Shown here: positions 25,728 through 36,169 of the stretch, one piece after another
Layout: each line of letters starts with the position of its first letter
Position numbering within the stretch: position 1 is the stretch's first letter
From: Dehalococcoidia bacterium
GTDB lineage: Bacteria > Chloroflexota > Dehalococcoidia > UBA2979
NCBI GenBank assembly: GCA_965207415.1
Contig: CBDBMD010000003.1
Coordinates: forward strand, 2,086,028-2,150,027
Direction of reading: 5' to 3'
Length of the DNA: 64,000 nucleotides
Position numbers and translations under genes: made by a program
The notes under the pieces: generated by a model
Databases searched by the model: none
What the model was told of the DNA's origin: nothing
Seen by the model: the letters and a program-made list of their open reading frames with translations, nothing else

Positions 25728-26717
25728 GTGACCGCGCCGCTGCTCCTCGGGACCGCCTCGTGGACCGACAAGCCGCTGATCGACAGTGGGCGCTTCTACC
25801 CGCCGCAGGCGAAGAACGCCGAGGCGCGGCTGCGCCACTACACGACGCGCTACCCGCTGGTTGAGATCGACGCGCCCTACTACGGACTCCCGACGCCGGA
25901 GCAGGCGGCGCGCTGGATCGAGCGCACGCCGCAGGGCTTCTCCTTCGACGTGAAGGCATACTCGCTGTTCACCGAGCACCCGACGCCCGTCGCGCGGCTA
26001 CCGAAGGCGATCCGCGCCGTGCTCCCTCCCGACCTCGAGGCGAAGGGCCGCTTCTACCGTCGCGACACGCCGGACGAGATCCTGGACCTCTGCTGGGCCA
26101 GCTACACGGACGCGCTGCTGCCGCTGCACGACGCGGGGCGCCTCGGCGCGGTCGTGCTGCAGTTCCCGAAATGGTTCGTGCCCGGCCCGCGCGCCTTCGC
26201 GACGCTCGAGGAGACCCGCGACCGGCTGGGGCCGTTCCGCGGCGCGGTCGAGTTCCGCCAGCGGCGCTGGCTTGAGCCCGAGCAGCGCGAGGAGACGCTG
26301 GCGCTGCTCGGCGACCTCGATCTCTCGCTGATCTGCGTCGACGCGCCGCAGGGCTTCGACTCCTCGCTGCCGCCGTTCGCCGCCGCGACGAACGCGCTGG
26401 CGTTCGTGCGCTTCCACGGCCGCAACACGGAGACCTGGGAGCGCCGCACGCGCACCTCGTCGGAGCGCTTCGACTACTGGTACGACGCCGCGGAGCTGGA
26501 CGAGTGGGTCCCGCGCATCGAGGCGCTCGCGCGCGAGGCCGAGGCGGTGCACCTGATCGTCAACACCAACAACCACGACCAGGGCCCGGTCAACGCGGAC
26601 CTGCTGCAGCAGCGCCTCCAGGAGCACGGCCTCCCCGTCGAACCCGGCTTCGAGGTGGCCGCGGCTGCTTCGTCCGGGACGCGGGGCACGGCGGAGCAGC
26701 AGGGCTCGTTGCTCTAG
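25728..26717 (+). CDS. DUF72 family protein
   Basis: GTG start. GTASWTDKPL...FYP near the N-terminus is typical of DUF72/YecE. Confidence 0.75.
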   Translation: MTAPLLLGTASWTDKPLIDSGRFYPPQAKNAEARLRHYTTRYPLVEIDAPYYGLPTPEQAARWIERTPQGFSFDVKAYSLFTEHPTPVARLPKAIRAVLPPDLEAKGRFYRRDTPDEILDLCWASYTDALLPLHDAGRLGAVVLQFPKWFVPGPRAFATLEETRDRLGPFRGAVEFRQRRWLEPEQREETLALLGDLDLSLICVDAPQGFDSSLPPFAAATNALAFVRFHGRNTETWERRTRTSSERFDYWYDAAELDEWVPRIEALAREAEAVHLIVNTNNHDQGPVNADLLQQRLQEHGLPVEPGFEVAAAASSGTRGTAEQQGSLL

Positions 26718-26773
26718 GTTGGAGCAGCGCGGATTTAGGCTGAGGTGACATACTCTCGGGCAGGATTGCCGCC

Positions 26774-27844
26774 ATGAACCGGTCACCGGGCAGATCGCAG
26801 AGCCGCCGCCGCTTCCTCCAGCTCGCCGCGACGAGCGGCCTCGGCGGGCTGTTGCTCGCCTGCGGCGCGGGCGATGACACGGCCGAGCGGACCGCCGTCG
26901 CACCCACGCGGAGTCCGGCGCCGACGGCGACGCCCACCGCCGTCGCGACGCCGGCGCCCACGCCCACCGCCACTCCGACGCCCACGCCCTCCCCCACTCC
27001 CGCTGCGACCTCGACGCCAACGCCGACTGCGACTCCCACACCCGTGCCGACGCCGGAGCCGACTCCCGAGCCAACGCCGTGGCCGGCCGGCCGCGAGGAG
27101 ATCGCGCTGCTGGAGGGCACGGAGTGGGAGAACCCGCTGGTCGCCCACCACAGCGGCGAGGAGGGGCCGGCCGTGCTCGTCCTCGGCGGGGTGCACGGCA
27201 ACGAGCCGGGGAGCTGGCTCGCGACCGAGGAGATCGTGGAGTGGCAGCCCGTGCGCGGCAGCCTGATCGTGATCCCGCGCGCCAACATCGTCGCCACCCG
27301 CGTCGGCGAACGCACGCTGCCCGAGCTCGGCGACCTCAACCGGCTCTACCCCGGCTCCGACGACGCCGAGCTGCCGATGTCGCGCATGGCGGCGCAGATC
27401 GTCGAGGTCGCGCGCCGCTACCGCGTCTCGCTCGTCCTCGATCTGCACGAGTCGTGGGGGTTCTACGTCGAGCGCGGGTCGAACAGCGGCACGGCGTTCA
27501 TCGGCCAGACGATCACGGGCGGACCCGGAACGGACAGCGAGGCCGCCACGCGCATCGCCGAGGACTTCAACGCGCAGGTGGAGATCGAACGCGATCAGCT
27601 GGTCGCGCGGGACCGGAGGAGCTGGGGCTCCTCGACTTCTCCGGACGGGCCATCATTCGATGACACCAGTGGCTGGAGCTGGCGGCCGGGGCGCGGCGGC
27701 AGCTCGCTCTCGCTGGGCAACTACGTGGAGGGCCTGACGCCGATCCTCGTGGAGATGGGGCAGCAGAACCAGGCCCTCGAGCGTCGCGCCGGGCTGCACC
27801 AGCTCGTGACGCGCGTCGCCCTCATGCAGCGCGGGATGCTGTAG
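26774..27844 (+). CDS. Tat-signal lipoprotein, succinylglutamate desuccinylase/aspartoacylase (AstE/AspA) family zinc deacylase-like
   Basis: [21 protein letters not shown], a Pro/Thr linker, and [13 protein letters not shown]. Confidence 0.65.
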   Translation: MNRSPGRSQSRRRFLQLAATSGLGGLLLACGAGDDTAERTAVAPTRSPAPTATPTAVATPAPTPTATPTPTPSPTPAATSTPTPTATPTPVPTPEPTPEPTPWPAGREEIALLEGTEWENPLVAHHSGEEGPAVLVLGGVHGNEPGSWLATEEIVEWQPVRGSLIVIPRANIVATRVGERTLPELGDLNRLYPGSDDAELPMSRMAAQIVEVARRYRVSLVLDLHESWGFYVERGSNSGTAFIGQTITGGPGTDSEAATRIAEDFNAQVEIERDQLVARDRRSWGSSTSPDGPSFDDTSGWSWRPGRGGSSLSLGNYVEGLTPILVEMGQQNQALERRAGLHQLVTRVALMQRGML

Positions 27845-27868
27845 GCGCCCGCGCGGGCCCGCCGCGCG

Positions 27869-29182
27869 TCAGCAGACGACGCGGCGCACGATCTCGTACA
27901 TCAGCTCGCAGCCGCTGTTGAGGTTCTCCACCGTCAGGAACTCGTTGTGGGCGTGGAAGCCGGCGCGCTCCTCGGCGCTGAACATGCAGGGGATGAAGCC
28001 GTAGGACGGCATCCCGATCTCGCGCAGGAAGCGGTTGTCGGTCGCGAACGAGGCCACCGAGGGCGCGACCACGGCGCCCTCGAACGCCTCCTCGACCACC
28101 TCGCGGATCGCCGTGAACAGCTCCGTGTCGAAGTCCGACGAGGCCGTCGAGGTGAAGTCGTCGAGTTCCGGCCGGACCGAGACGAGCGGATCGTCGATGC
28201 GCGCGCGCACCTGCTCGATCCAGTCCTCGAGGGTCTGCCCGGGCAGCAGCCGGCAGTCGATCACCGCCTCGCTGCGCGGGGGGATGACGTTCGCCTTGAA
28301 GCCGCTGTCGATGACGGTGACGTTGAGCGTGTTGATGAACATCGCCAGCGCCGCGGGGTCGCTGCGCAGCGCCTGCTCGAACGCCTCGACGTCATCGGGG
28401 GACGGTAGCAGCCCGGCGCGCGAGAGCTGGTCGACGAGGCGCGCGGTCCCCGGCTCGAATTGCAGGCCGCGATCCCAGTCGGCGAGCCGCAGCAGCGCGC
28501 GGATCAGGCGCAGCGCCGAGTTGTCCTCGGTCGGCAGGCTGCCGTGCCCCGTCGTGCCCTCGACCCGCAGCCGCAACCAGCCGACCGACTTCTCGTTGAC
28601 GCTGGCGAGGAAGATGCGTCGGTCCTCGCGGCCCGCGAAGTCGCTGAGGCCGCCGCCGCCCTCGTTGAGTGCGAACTCGGCATCGAACAGGTCGCGGCGG
28701 TGCTCGACGAGCCAGCGCATGCCGTAGGTGCTGCCGATCTCCTCGTCGGGCGTGGCGAGGAAGACCACGTCGCGGCGCAGTGGCTCGCGGCGGCGCTGGA
28801 GCAGCAGCATGGCCACGAGCTGCATCACGCCCGCGCCCTTCATGTCCATCGCGCCGCGTCCGTAGATGCGACCGTCGCGCACGCCGCCGCCGAAGGGCGG
28901 CACGTCCCAGAACTCCTCCTCGACCGGCACCACGTCGAGGTGGTTGCCGAGCAGCAGCGGGCGGCGGCTGCCGTCGCCGTGCAGCCGCGCGACCAGCGCC
29001 TCGCGGCCGGGGGCGGTCTCGATGTACTCGCAAGGGACGCCCTCCGCCTCCAGCAGCGAGCCGAGGAAGCGCGCGGCCGGGGCCTCGTTGCCCGGCGGGT
29101 TCGAGGTGTCGATGCGCAGGTAGCGCTGGAGGATGTCGAGCGCCTCGGCGTGGACGGCGGGCCAGTCGATCGCTTCTGCCAT
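27869..29182 (-). CDS. M20/M25/M40 family metallopeptidase/deacylase
   Basis: GNHLDVVP, GRGAMDMKG, ATPDEEIGS. Confidence 0.8.
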   Translation of the reverse strand: MAEAIDWPAVHAEALDILQRYLRIDTSNPPGNEAPAARFLGSLLEAEGVPCEYIETAPGREALVARLHGDGSRRPLLLGNHLDVVPVEEEFWDVPPFGGGVRDGRIYGRGAMDMKGAGVMQLVAMLLLQRRREPLRRDVVFLATPDEEIGSTYGMRWLVEHRRDLFDAEFALNEGGGGLSDFAGREDRRIFLASVNEKSVGWLRLRVEGTTGHGSLPTEDNSALRLIRALLRLADWDRGLQFEPGTARLVDQLSRAGLLPSPDDVEAFEQALRSDPAALAMFINTLNVTVIDSGFKANVIPPRSEAVIDCRLLPGQTLEDWIEQVRARIDDPLVSVRPELDDFTSTASSDFDTELFTAIREVVEEAFEGAVVAPSVASFATDNRFLREIGMPSYGFIPCMFSAEERAGFHAHNEFLTVENLNSGCELMYEIVRRVVC

Positions 29183-29215
29183 CCCCTCCGCCTCTGTGAG
29201 TGCCCCGTCGCCTCG

Positions 29216-30061
29216 CTAGAAGATCACGTTCGTGAGGCGCTGGCGGTAGCCGCGCGTCAGCTCGTGCGCGTCGCCGAGCAGCACGAAGGCGTCGAGCATG
29301 CGCAACCGTCCACCATCGTCGGCGACGCCCCGATCGAGCCGCACCGTCGCCAGCAGGTGTTCGAGGGCGTCCCGCCACTCGCCCGCCGCCGCCAGCAGGC
29401 AGCCGAGCCGGTAGTGCGCCTCGGCGTCGTCCGGGTCCGCCTCCAGCCGCGCCTCGAGGGCCTCGCGCGGCTCGTCCCCGGCCTCGTCGCGGAACGCGAG
29501 TTGCGCGAGGACGCGCGCGGCGGCGGGATCGCCGGGGAAGCGCTCGGCCAACTCGCGCGCGCGGGCGACCTCTCCGTCGGCGAGCAGGATCGCGGCGAGC
29601 GCCGCCGAGGCGCCTCGATGGTCGGGATCCTGCTCGAGCGCCTGCTCCAGGTGGAGCCGCGCGGCGCCCGGCTGGTCGATGCGCAGCGCATGCTCGGCGG
29701 CCGCGACGGCCTGATCGGCGGCGGTCGGCACGAGCGAGTCGAAGAAGCCGCGGACCTGCGGCTCGGGCAGCGCGCCGACGAACTCGCTGACCACCTCGCC
29801 GTTGCGGAAGGCCTTGACCGCGGGGATGCCCTGGACCTGGTAGCTCGTGGCGACGCCGGGGTTCTCGTCGACGTTGATCTTGACGAGCTGCACCTCGCCC
29901 GCGCGTTCGTAGGCGATCGTTTCGAGGGTGGGGCCGAGCACGCGGCAGGGGCCGCACCACGGCGCCCAGAAGTCGACCACCACAGGCAGTTGGTGTGAGC
30001 GCTCGATCACATCCGTCGCGAACGTCGCATCGCTCGCGTCCAGCACCGCCCCCGCCGTCAT
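29216..30061 (-). CDS. Thioredoxin-domain protein with C-terminal TPR-like domain (YbbN/CnoX-like chaperedoxin)
   Basis: WAPWCGPC active site followed by a helical repeat region. Confidence 0.8.
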   Translation of the reverse strand: MTAGAVLDASDATFATDVIERSHQLPVVVDFWAPWCGPCRVLGPTLETIAYERAGEVQLVKINVDENPGVATSYQVQGIPAVKAFRNGEVVSEFVGALPEPQVRGFFDSLVPTAADQAVAAAEHALRIDQPGAARLHLEQALEQDPDHRGASAALAAILLADGEVARARELAERFPGDPAAARVLAQLAFRDEAGDEPREALEARLEADPDDAEAHYRLGCLLAAAGEWRDALEHLLATVRLDRGVADDGGRLRMLDAFVLLGDAHELTRGYRQRLTNVIF

Positions 30062-30208
30062 CGCCCTCGCTCCTTCCGCCGTGCGTTCCGTGCGCCAAGC
30101 CTACCGCGAGGCCGCGCGCCGGGCACGCCGTGAGCGCAAGCGAGCGCTCCGCTAGGATGCGGCGGAACGCGGGCATAGCCCGACACCGAGTGAGAGACGG
30201 AGGCCGAG

Positions 30209-31060
30209 ATGCGCTTCGGAGTGACGGTCGACTTCAACGAGCAGCCGGTGACCTCGCCCGAGTTCCTCGCCGGCTTCGCCCAGGCCGCCGAGGACTACGG
30301 CTTCGACACCCTCTGGACCAGCGACCACGTCGTGATCCCGCAGGGACACGACTCGGACTACCCCTACGCCGAGCGCATGCCCTACGAGGACGCGCCGATC
30401 CCGGACCCGATCGTCACGCTCACCTTCGTCGCCGCGAAGACGAAGACGCTGCGCCTGGGCACCTCGGTGCTCGTCCTGCCGCAGCGCAACCCGGTGGTGC
30501 TCGCCAAGCAGCTCGCCTCGCTCGACGTCTACTCGGAGGGCCGCATCGACCTCGGCATCGGCGTCGGCTGGCTGCGCGAGGAGTTCGAGGCGATCGGCGT
30601 GCCCTGGGAGCGCCGCGGCAAGCGCACGGACGAGTGCATCGAGGCGATGCGCGCCCTCTGGACGCAGCCCGTGGCGAGCTACGAGGGCGAACTGGTGCGC
30701 TTCTCCAACCTCGTCTGCGACCCGAAGCCGGTCCAGCCGGGCGGCGTGCCGTTCATCATCGGCGGGCACTCGATCCCCGCGGCGCGGCGCGCCGGAAAGT
30801 ACGGCGCCGGCTTCTTCCCGCACGTCTTCGGCCGCGCCTGGTACGAGCTGATCGCGGAGGCGCGACGCACCGCCGAGGCGCACGGCCGCGACCCCGATGA
30901 CGTCGAGATCAGCGCCGGCGTGCCGCCCGAGCTGGAGCTCGCGCAGCGCCTCGAGGAGCTGGGCGTCTCGCGCCTGAACATCCTGATCACCGACCCGGAC
31001 GTCCCGTCCTCGCGGCGCACGCTCGAGCGCATCTCGCGCGATCTGATCGCGCGTATGTAG
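30209..31060 (+). CDS. LLM-class (luciferase-like, F420-type) oxidoreductase
   Basis: MRFGVTVDF...GFDTLWTSDHVV. Confidence 0.8.
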   Translation: MRFGVTVDFNEQPVTSPEFLAGFAQAAEDYGFDTLWTSDHVVIPQGHDSDYPYAERMPYEDAPIPDPIVTLTFVAAKTKTLRLGTSVLVLPQRNPVVLAKQLASLDVYSEGRIDLGIGVGWLREEFEAIGVPWERRGKRTDECIEAMRALWTQPVASYEGELVRFSNLVCDPKPVQPGGVPFIIGGHSIPAARRAGKYGAGFFPHVFGRAWYELIAEARRTAEAHGRDPDDVEISAGVPPELELAQRLEELGVSRLNILITDPDVPSSRRTLERISRDLIARM

Positions 31061-31546
31061 CCGCCCAGGGGTCGCATTGACCGGGCTCGCTATCGCTGCG
31101 AGGAGCGTTCCGGGCTAGCACCCCCGCTGCGGGACGCCCTCGCCCCCACTCTCCCTGGGGGAGACCTGTGCGCAACTCCCTCAAGTAGCGCACGCAGGGA
31201 TCCGAATCGACGCAATCCAGGCTACCCACCACCCCTGGATTCCGGCTTTCGCCGGAATGACGGTTTTGGCAAAGGTCGTTGGGGCAAAGGGGGTGCTGAA
31301 CGCCATCGGGAGTTGGCGCCCCCAGCGAAGGCCACGCAGCATGCGCTGATCGGGCGGGGGCGTGGGGGCTCTGCCCCCACAGAAAGAAAGTCCGAGGGCG
31401 GGTGGGTGGGCCGAGCGGCGCGCAGCGCACGCTGCTCCGGGATGGGGGCGTGGGGGGCGCAGCCCCCCGCAGGCGAATGAGAGAGCGGCCCGCACGCGCG
31501 CCCTCGCACCGCCCCCCGCCGACGGCGGGGCTACGAGTGCTGTCAG
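31061..31546. repeat. Intergenic REP-like island (same family as the other islands, inverted orientation)
   Basis: 31365..31460 is the reverse complement of the 18480..18580 module. Confidence 0.65.
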
Positions 31547-31839
31547 GTCGGCTGGTGGCGGTGGTCCGCCGCGACCGTGAAGCGACGCCAGAAGAAGAGG
31601 AAGCGCTCCGCGTCGACGCGCACGGCGCTCGCCCACTGCAGCAGCGCCGGTGCGACGTGGACGGTCAGGTCGTGGTGCCGGACGCTCTCGTAGCGGGTGA
31701 GATTCTTGCCCTTGAGGTAGGTGTCGACCGGCACATCGAGGACGCCCCGTCAGCCGAGCGGGCGGATGAAGTCGAGCGCAAGCTCGCCGCCCCTGCGACG
31801 CGCCAACTCGGCCGCGGCGGCCGTGATCTCGATCTCCAT
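31543..31839 (-). pseudogene. Small ORF (98 codons) with an in-frame TGA at 31752..31750; pseudogene or possible selenoprotein/readthrough
   Basis: ATG 31839 begins MEIEITAAAAELARRRGGELALDFIRPLG, then TGA, then the same frame continues RGVLDVPVDTYLKGKNLTRYESVRHHDLTVHV... to a stop at 31543. It starts 27 bp after the LLM gene stop. Confidence 0.4.
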
Positions 31840-31865
31840 GAGCCCTCGCCGAGGCCTGTCCGAGC

Positions 31866-32765
31866 TCAGTCCGCCTTCGCCTCGGCGAGGTAGTCCTCAC
31901 CGAAGCGGCGCATCAGGTCGGGCGCGTCGAGCAACTCGGCGGGGTGCAGGCCGACGATCGCGTGATCGACGCCCGCCTCGCGCGCGCGCCCCAGGCGCTC
32001 CCGCACCTGCTCCAGGCGATCGCTCGCGAGGAGCGCGATGCCGGTCATCGCGATCTTGAGCGCGCTCGGGTCGCGACCGGCGCGCTCGGCCGCCTCGCGG
32101 GCGGGCTGCATCGCCTCCCCGGCATTGTCGAGGTAGTTGCCGTGCGTCAGCCAGCCGTCAGCGAGCTCGCCGATGCGGCGCATCTGCTGGGGGCTGTCGC
32201 CGCCAATCCAGATCGGCACGTGGCGCGGCGGGTGCGGCCGCGAGGTCCAGCCGTCGACCTCGTAGGTGTCGCCCTGGAAGCCGTCGACCCAGTCCTCGGT
32301 CCACAGTTTGCGCGTCAGCTCCAGGCTCTCCTCGAAACGTGCGCCGCGGCGGTCCGAGGGCATGCCCAGCACCTCGAACTCCTCCTTCGCCCAGCCCATG
32401 CCCGCGCCGAGGATGAAGCGCCCGCCGGCGAGGTGGTCGAGCGTGGCCATGATCTTCGCGTGCAGCACGGCCTGCCGCATGTTCAGCACCAGCACCGCCA
32501 CGCCGAGCTGCACGCGGCTCGTCGCCCCGGCGACAAACGCCAGCTCGGTCAGCGGCTCCAGCAGCGAGGCGTCGATGTGCACGCGTCCCGGCAGGTTGCC
32601 GTCCGCGCTGTACGGGTAGCGCGATCGGTACTCGCGAGGGAAGACGACGTGGTCGTTGGTCCAGAGCGAATCGAAGCCGGCCTCCTCGGCGGCGCGGGCG
32701 TGCCGCAGCACCACCTCGCGGGTGGCGCGATCGCCGGCCTGGGGGAGCAGGATGCCTACATCCAC
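31866..32765 (-). CDS. LLM-class (F420-type) oxidoreductase
   Basis: MDVGILLPQ...GFDSLWTNDHVVFP. Confidence 0.8.
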   Translation of the reverse strand: MDVGILLPQAGDRATREVVLRHARAAEEAGFDSLWTNDHVVFPREYRSRYPYSADGNLPGRVHIDASLLEPLTELAFVAGATSRVQLGVAVLVLNMRQAVLHAKIMATLDHLAGGRFILGAGMGWAKEEFEVLGMPSDRRGARFEESLELTRKLWTEDWVDGFQGDTYEVDGWTSRPHPPRHVPIWIGGDSPQQMRRIGELADGWLTHGNYLDNAGEAMQPAREAAERAGRDPSALKIAMTGIALLASDRLEQVRERLGRAREAGVDHAIVGLHPAELLDAPDLMRRFGEDYLAEAKAD

Positions 32766-32800
32766 GCGCTCAGCCTCCGTTCACATGCCGCCGTGCGACG

Positions 32801-33745
32801 CTAGCGAAGCAGCGCCGAGTCCGGTGGCACATGGTGTTCGATCTCGCCCTGATGGTCGAGCAGGATCACCCGCGAGCGGAAGCGCCAGACGCCGTCGACG
32901 CGCTCGAAGGCGTCGTGGTAGCGACCGACGGCGATGATCTGGAGCGGCAGATCGCGGGTCGCCTGCATGACGGTGAAGTAGGAGCGGGCGGTCGCCGTGC
33001 CCGCCTCCTCGTCCGGCTCGATCAGCACGTTGGTCGTGACGTGCTTCGTGCGCGGGCTGCCGTCGTGCATGCGGAAGCTGCTGCGCAGCGCCTCGGCCAG
33101 CGCCGCGCCGCCGAGCGGCGTCCCTTCCGGCCCGTGCTGCCGGCCGCCGTGCGCGAAGATCTCGCCGGCCCCCTCGAAGTCTCCGAGGTCGATCCGCTCC
33201 GCGTAGCTGAAGATCAGCGTCTCGACCGCCGCGTGCACCTCGTCGGGGACGGGCATCGGCGGAATCTCAGCGAGCGGCGGGCCAAGCACAGGCACGTCGT
33301 ACGGCAACTCGCCCGCCTGGTACCCGAGGATGTGCTGCGAGAGGTCTCCGCGGGTGTCGAGCATGCTCAGCCGGTCGGTGAAGCACCACTCGCCCTCGAT
33401 ACGCTCGAAGCGGTCGTAGTAGCGGCCGCTACCGACCAGCCGCAGCGGCATGGTCGGCGTCGCCTGGAAGAGCGAGAAGTAGGAGCGGGCCCGGGCCGCC
33501 CCGGCAGCGTCGTCGATGTCGATCATGATGTTGGTCGTCATGTGGCGCGTGCCGGGCGAACCGTCGTGCGTGAGGATCCGCCGCTTGCGGTTCGCCGCCA
33601 TCTCCGCGCCCGCGTGCGAGGATCCGAGGGACGAGCGAAACGGGCCGTGCGCGAAGATCTCGCCGACCGTGTCGTGCTCGGCAAGGTCCGTGAAGCGCGC
33701 GTAGCGCATCATCACATCGCGGATCGCGTCGCGGCTGTCCGTCAT
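32801..33745 (-). CDS. Tandem SnoaL-like (NTF2-fold) domain protein
   Basis: Two homologous halves, each with ...GEIFAHG...HDGSP.TKH.TTN..I......A...SYF... ATG with a GGAGGG RBS. Confidence 0.7.
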   Translation of the reverse strand: MTDSRDAIRDVMMRYARFTDLAEHDTVGEIFAHGPFRSSLGSSHAGAEMAANRKRRILTHDGSPGTRHMTTNIMIDIDDAAGAARARSYFSLFQATPTMPLRLVGSGRYYDRFERIEGEWCFTDRLSMLDTRGDLSQHILGYQAGELPYDVPVLGPPLAEIPPMPVPDEVHAAVETLIFSYAERIDLGDFEGAGEIFAHGGRQHGPEGTPLGGAALAEALRSSFRMHDGSPRTKHVTTNVLIEPDEEAGTATARSYFTVMQATRDLPLQIIAVGRYHDAFERVDGVWRFRSRVILLDHQGEIEHHVPPDSALLR

Positions 33746-33791
33746 GGGCCCTCCACCCCGGCGGGACCGTATGAGTGCGCCGCGAGGGCCG

Positions 33792-34757
33792 TCAAGCGCG
33801 CGAGCCGCCGCCCGCGCGGAGGTGCGCGCTGAGGTCGCCCTCCATGTCCGTCTGCACGCGCCGCTCCGCGAAGCGCCAGACGCCATCGACACGCTCGAAG
33901 CGATCGCGGTAGCGACCGCTGATGATCGGCTGGAGCGGCAGCTCCGGCGTCTGCTGCAGCACGACGAAGTAGGAGCGTGCGAGGCCGCTCCCGGCCTCCT
34001 CGTCGACCTCGACGGCGACGTTGGTGGTGACGTGCTTGGTGCGCGGGTTGCCCTCGTAGAGCCGGACCGCGCCGCGCAGGCCCTTCGCGAGCCCCTCGCC
34101 GCGCAGCTCGTAGCTCCCGCCGTCGGCCGTCTCCCCGACGAACGGCCCGTGCGCGAACAGTGCCCCGACGCCCTCGAAGTCCGCGAGGTCGATCCGCTCG
34201 GCGTAGGTGTAGATCAGCGCCTCGATCGCGTCCGCCGCGTCCGGAGGCGGAGGCAGCGGCCGCAGCTCGGCCGCGGACGGGCCGCGCAGCGCCAGCGAGG
34301 GCTGCCGCCGCGGGGCGGCGCGCAGGAAGCCGCCCACGTCGCCCGAGAGGTCGAAAATGCTGACGCGCTCCTCGAAGCGCCACTCGCCGTCCTTGCGCAC
34401 GAAGTCGTCGTAGTAGCGGCCCGCGCCGACGACGCTGAGCGGTTCGCCGGGGGGCTGCTTGAGCATCGCGTAGTAGGAGCGGGCGCGGGCCGTGCCGGCC
34501 GCGGCGTCGATGGCGATCAGCAGGTTGCTGGTGAGGATGCGCGTGCGCGGGGTGCCGTCGTCGTGCAGGCGGATGCCGCGCGCGCGGTCGGCCGCAAGCT
34601 CGGCGCCGCCCAGGGAGCGGCCCATCGTCGAGGAGAAGCGGCCCTTCGCGAACAGCTTCCCGATGCCCTCGAAGTCCGCGCCATCCTGCAGCCGCGGGTA
34701 GGCGTGGACGAGCGCGACGATGGCGGCGCGGTGTGCGGCAAGGCTCGCGGAGGACAT
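33792..34757 (-). CDS. Tandem SnoaL-like (NTF2-fold) domain protein, paralogue of the preceding gene
   Basis: Same two-half architecture (GALFAHG...EGNPRTKHVTTNV). Confidence 0.7.
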   Translation of the reverse strand: MSSASLAAHRAAIVALVHAYPRLQDGADFEGIGKLFAKGRFSSTMGRSLGGAELAADRARGIRLHDDGTPRTRILTSNLLIAIDAAAGTARARSYYAMLKQPPGEPLSVVGAGRYYDDFVRKDGEWRFEERVSIFDLSGDVGGFLRAAPRRQPSLALRGPSAAELRPLPPPPDAADAIEALIYTYAERIDLADFEGVGALFAHGPFVGETADGGSYELRGEGLAKGLRGAVRLYEGNPRTKHVTTNVAVEVDEEAGSGLARSYFVVLQQTPELPLQPIISGRYRDRFERVDGVWRFAERRVQTDMEGDLSAHLRAGGGSRA

Positions 34758-34886
34758 CGGCGGCACGCTAGGCAGCGCCGCGCGCGCTCGTCAACCTCGA
34801 GCGGGCCGCCGTGCGGCGGCGGTTGCGGGATTCGCGCGGTAGGATGAGCCTCGCGCGGAGCGCCGCGCGCCGGAGGGTGATCGACG

Positions 34887-35276
34887 ATGGCCGAGGCCAA
34901 TCCCGCCCCGATCGTGCTGACGCGGGGCGCCGAGGCGCCGTGGTCCGGGCACCGCTCCGGCATGAGCATCCAGTTCGGCGTCTCCGGCGAGCTGAGCGGT
35001 TCGTGCAACGTCTTCATGACGCACCAGCGCATCCCGCCGGGCATGGAGAGCACCCCCCACGTTCACACCAACTGCGAGACGGCGATGTTCGTCCTCGCGG
35101 GCCCCGTGCTGATGCGCCACGGCACGGCGCTCGAGCTGGAGCACCGCGCCGAGAGTGGCGACTTCTTCTACGTGCCCGCCAACGCGCCGCACCAGATCGT
35201 CAACCCGAGCACAACGGAGGACGCCGCGGTGGTGCTCTGCCGCGACGCCGCCGAGGAGATCGTCAGGGAGCTGTAG
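34887..35276 (+). CDS. Cupin domain protein
   Basis: The PHVHTNCETAMFVLAG...GDFFYVPANAPHQ two-motif cupin signature. Confidence 0.75.
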   Translation: MAEANPAPIVLTRGAEAPWSGHRSGMSIQFGVSGELSGSCNVFMTHQRIPPGMESTPHVHTNCETAMFVLAGPVLMRHGTALELEHRAESGDFFYVPANAPHQIVNPSTTEDAAVVLCRDAAEEIVREL

Positions 35277-35310
35277 CCCGCACGCCGGGCGCCAGGGATC
35301 GGAGAACGTC

Positions 35311-36147
35311 ATGGAGCAACTCGAAGGCCGCGTCGCAGTGATCACCGGAGGAGGCTCCGGCATCGGCGAGGGGTTCGCCCGCATCTGCCACGAGGCCGGG
35401 ATGCGCATCGTCGTCTCGGACATCGAGGAGGACCAGGCCGCCCGCGTCGCGAACGCGATTCGCGAGCTTGGCGGCGAGGCGATCGGCCTGCGCGCGGACG
35501 TCTCGGACGCCGCCTCGGTCCAGGAGCTGGCGGACCGCGCCTACGAGGAGTTCGGCGAGGTCAACCTGGTTTGCAGCAACGCCGGCGTGATGATGGTCGC
35601 CCCGCTGCTCGAGACGCCGATCGAGGACTGGCAGTGGACGCTCGGTGTGAACCTCTACGGCGCGATCCATTGCGCGAACGCGTTCGCGCCGCGGATGCGC
35701 GAGCAGGACGGCGAAGGGCACATCGTGTTCACCGCCTCGATCGCCGGGACGCGGCCGATCCACGAGACGCCGATCGGCGTCTACGTCTCCTCGAAGTACG
35801 CCGTCGTGGGCTTCGCGGAGACGCTGCGCAGCGAGCTGGAGCCGGACGGCATCGGCGTCTCGATCCTCTGCCCCGGCGGCGTCGACACGCAGATCTTCAC
35901 CGCCACGCGCAACCGCCCAGAGGAGCTGGGCGGCCCGGCCGAGCTGCCCCCGGCAGCGGAGGCGCGCGTCGCCGAGCGCGAGGAGCTCGTCGAGGTCGAT
36001 CCGGCGATGGACCCGGTCGAGGTCGCCCGCCGAACCATCGCCGGCGTGCGCGCGAACCGGCTGTTCATCTTCAGCCACCCGGACACACGCCCCGACTACG
36101 AGCAGCGCAACGCCCGCGTGATCGCGGACTACGACGCCGTCTCCTGA
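35311..36147 (+). CDS. Short-chain dehydrogenase/reductase (SDR)
   Basis: TGGGSGIG cofactor motif, NAG, and the YxxxK active site (YVSSKYAV). Start set at ATG 35311 with GGAG upstream. Confidence 0.85.
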   Translation: MEQLEGRVAVITGGGSGIGEGFARICHEAGMRIVVSDIEEDQAARVANAIRELGGEAIGLRADVSDAASVQELADRAYEEFGEVNLVCSNAGVMMVAPLLETPIEDWQWTLGVNLYGAIHCANAFAPRMREQDGEGHIVFTASIAGTRPIHETPIGVYVSSKYAVVGFAETLRSELEPDGIGVSILCPGGVDTQIFTATRNRPEELGGPAELPPAAEARVAEREELVEVDPAMDPVEVARRTIAGVRANRLFIFSHPDTRPDYEQRNARVIADYDAVS

Positions 36148-36169
36148 GCCGCCCGGCGGGCAGCCTCCC

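Noticed and set aside
23146-25959. 937-aa minus ORF and other long ORFs crossing the sulfite reductase gene and the REP island
   Set aside because: Antisense to a well-supported gene. The remainder is a translation of palindromic repeats (the recurring PPHPRPLPPGERGPD peptides).
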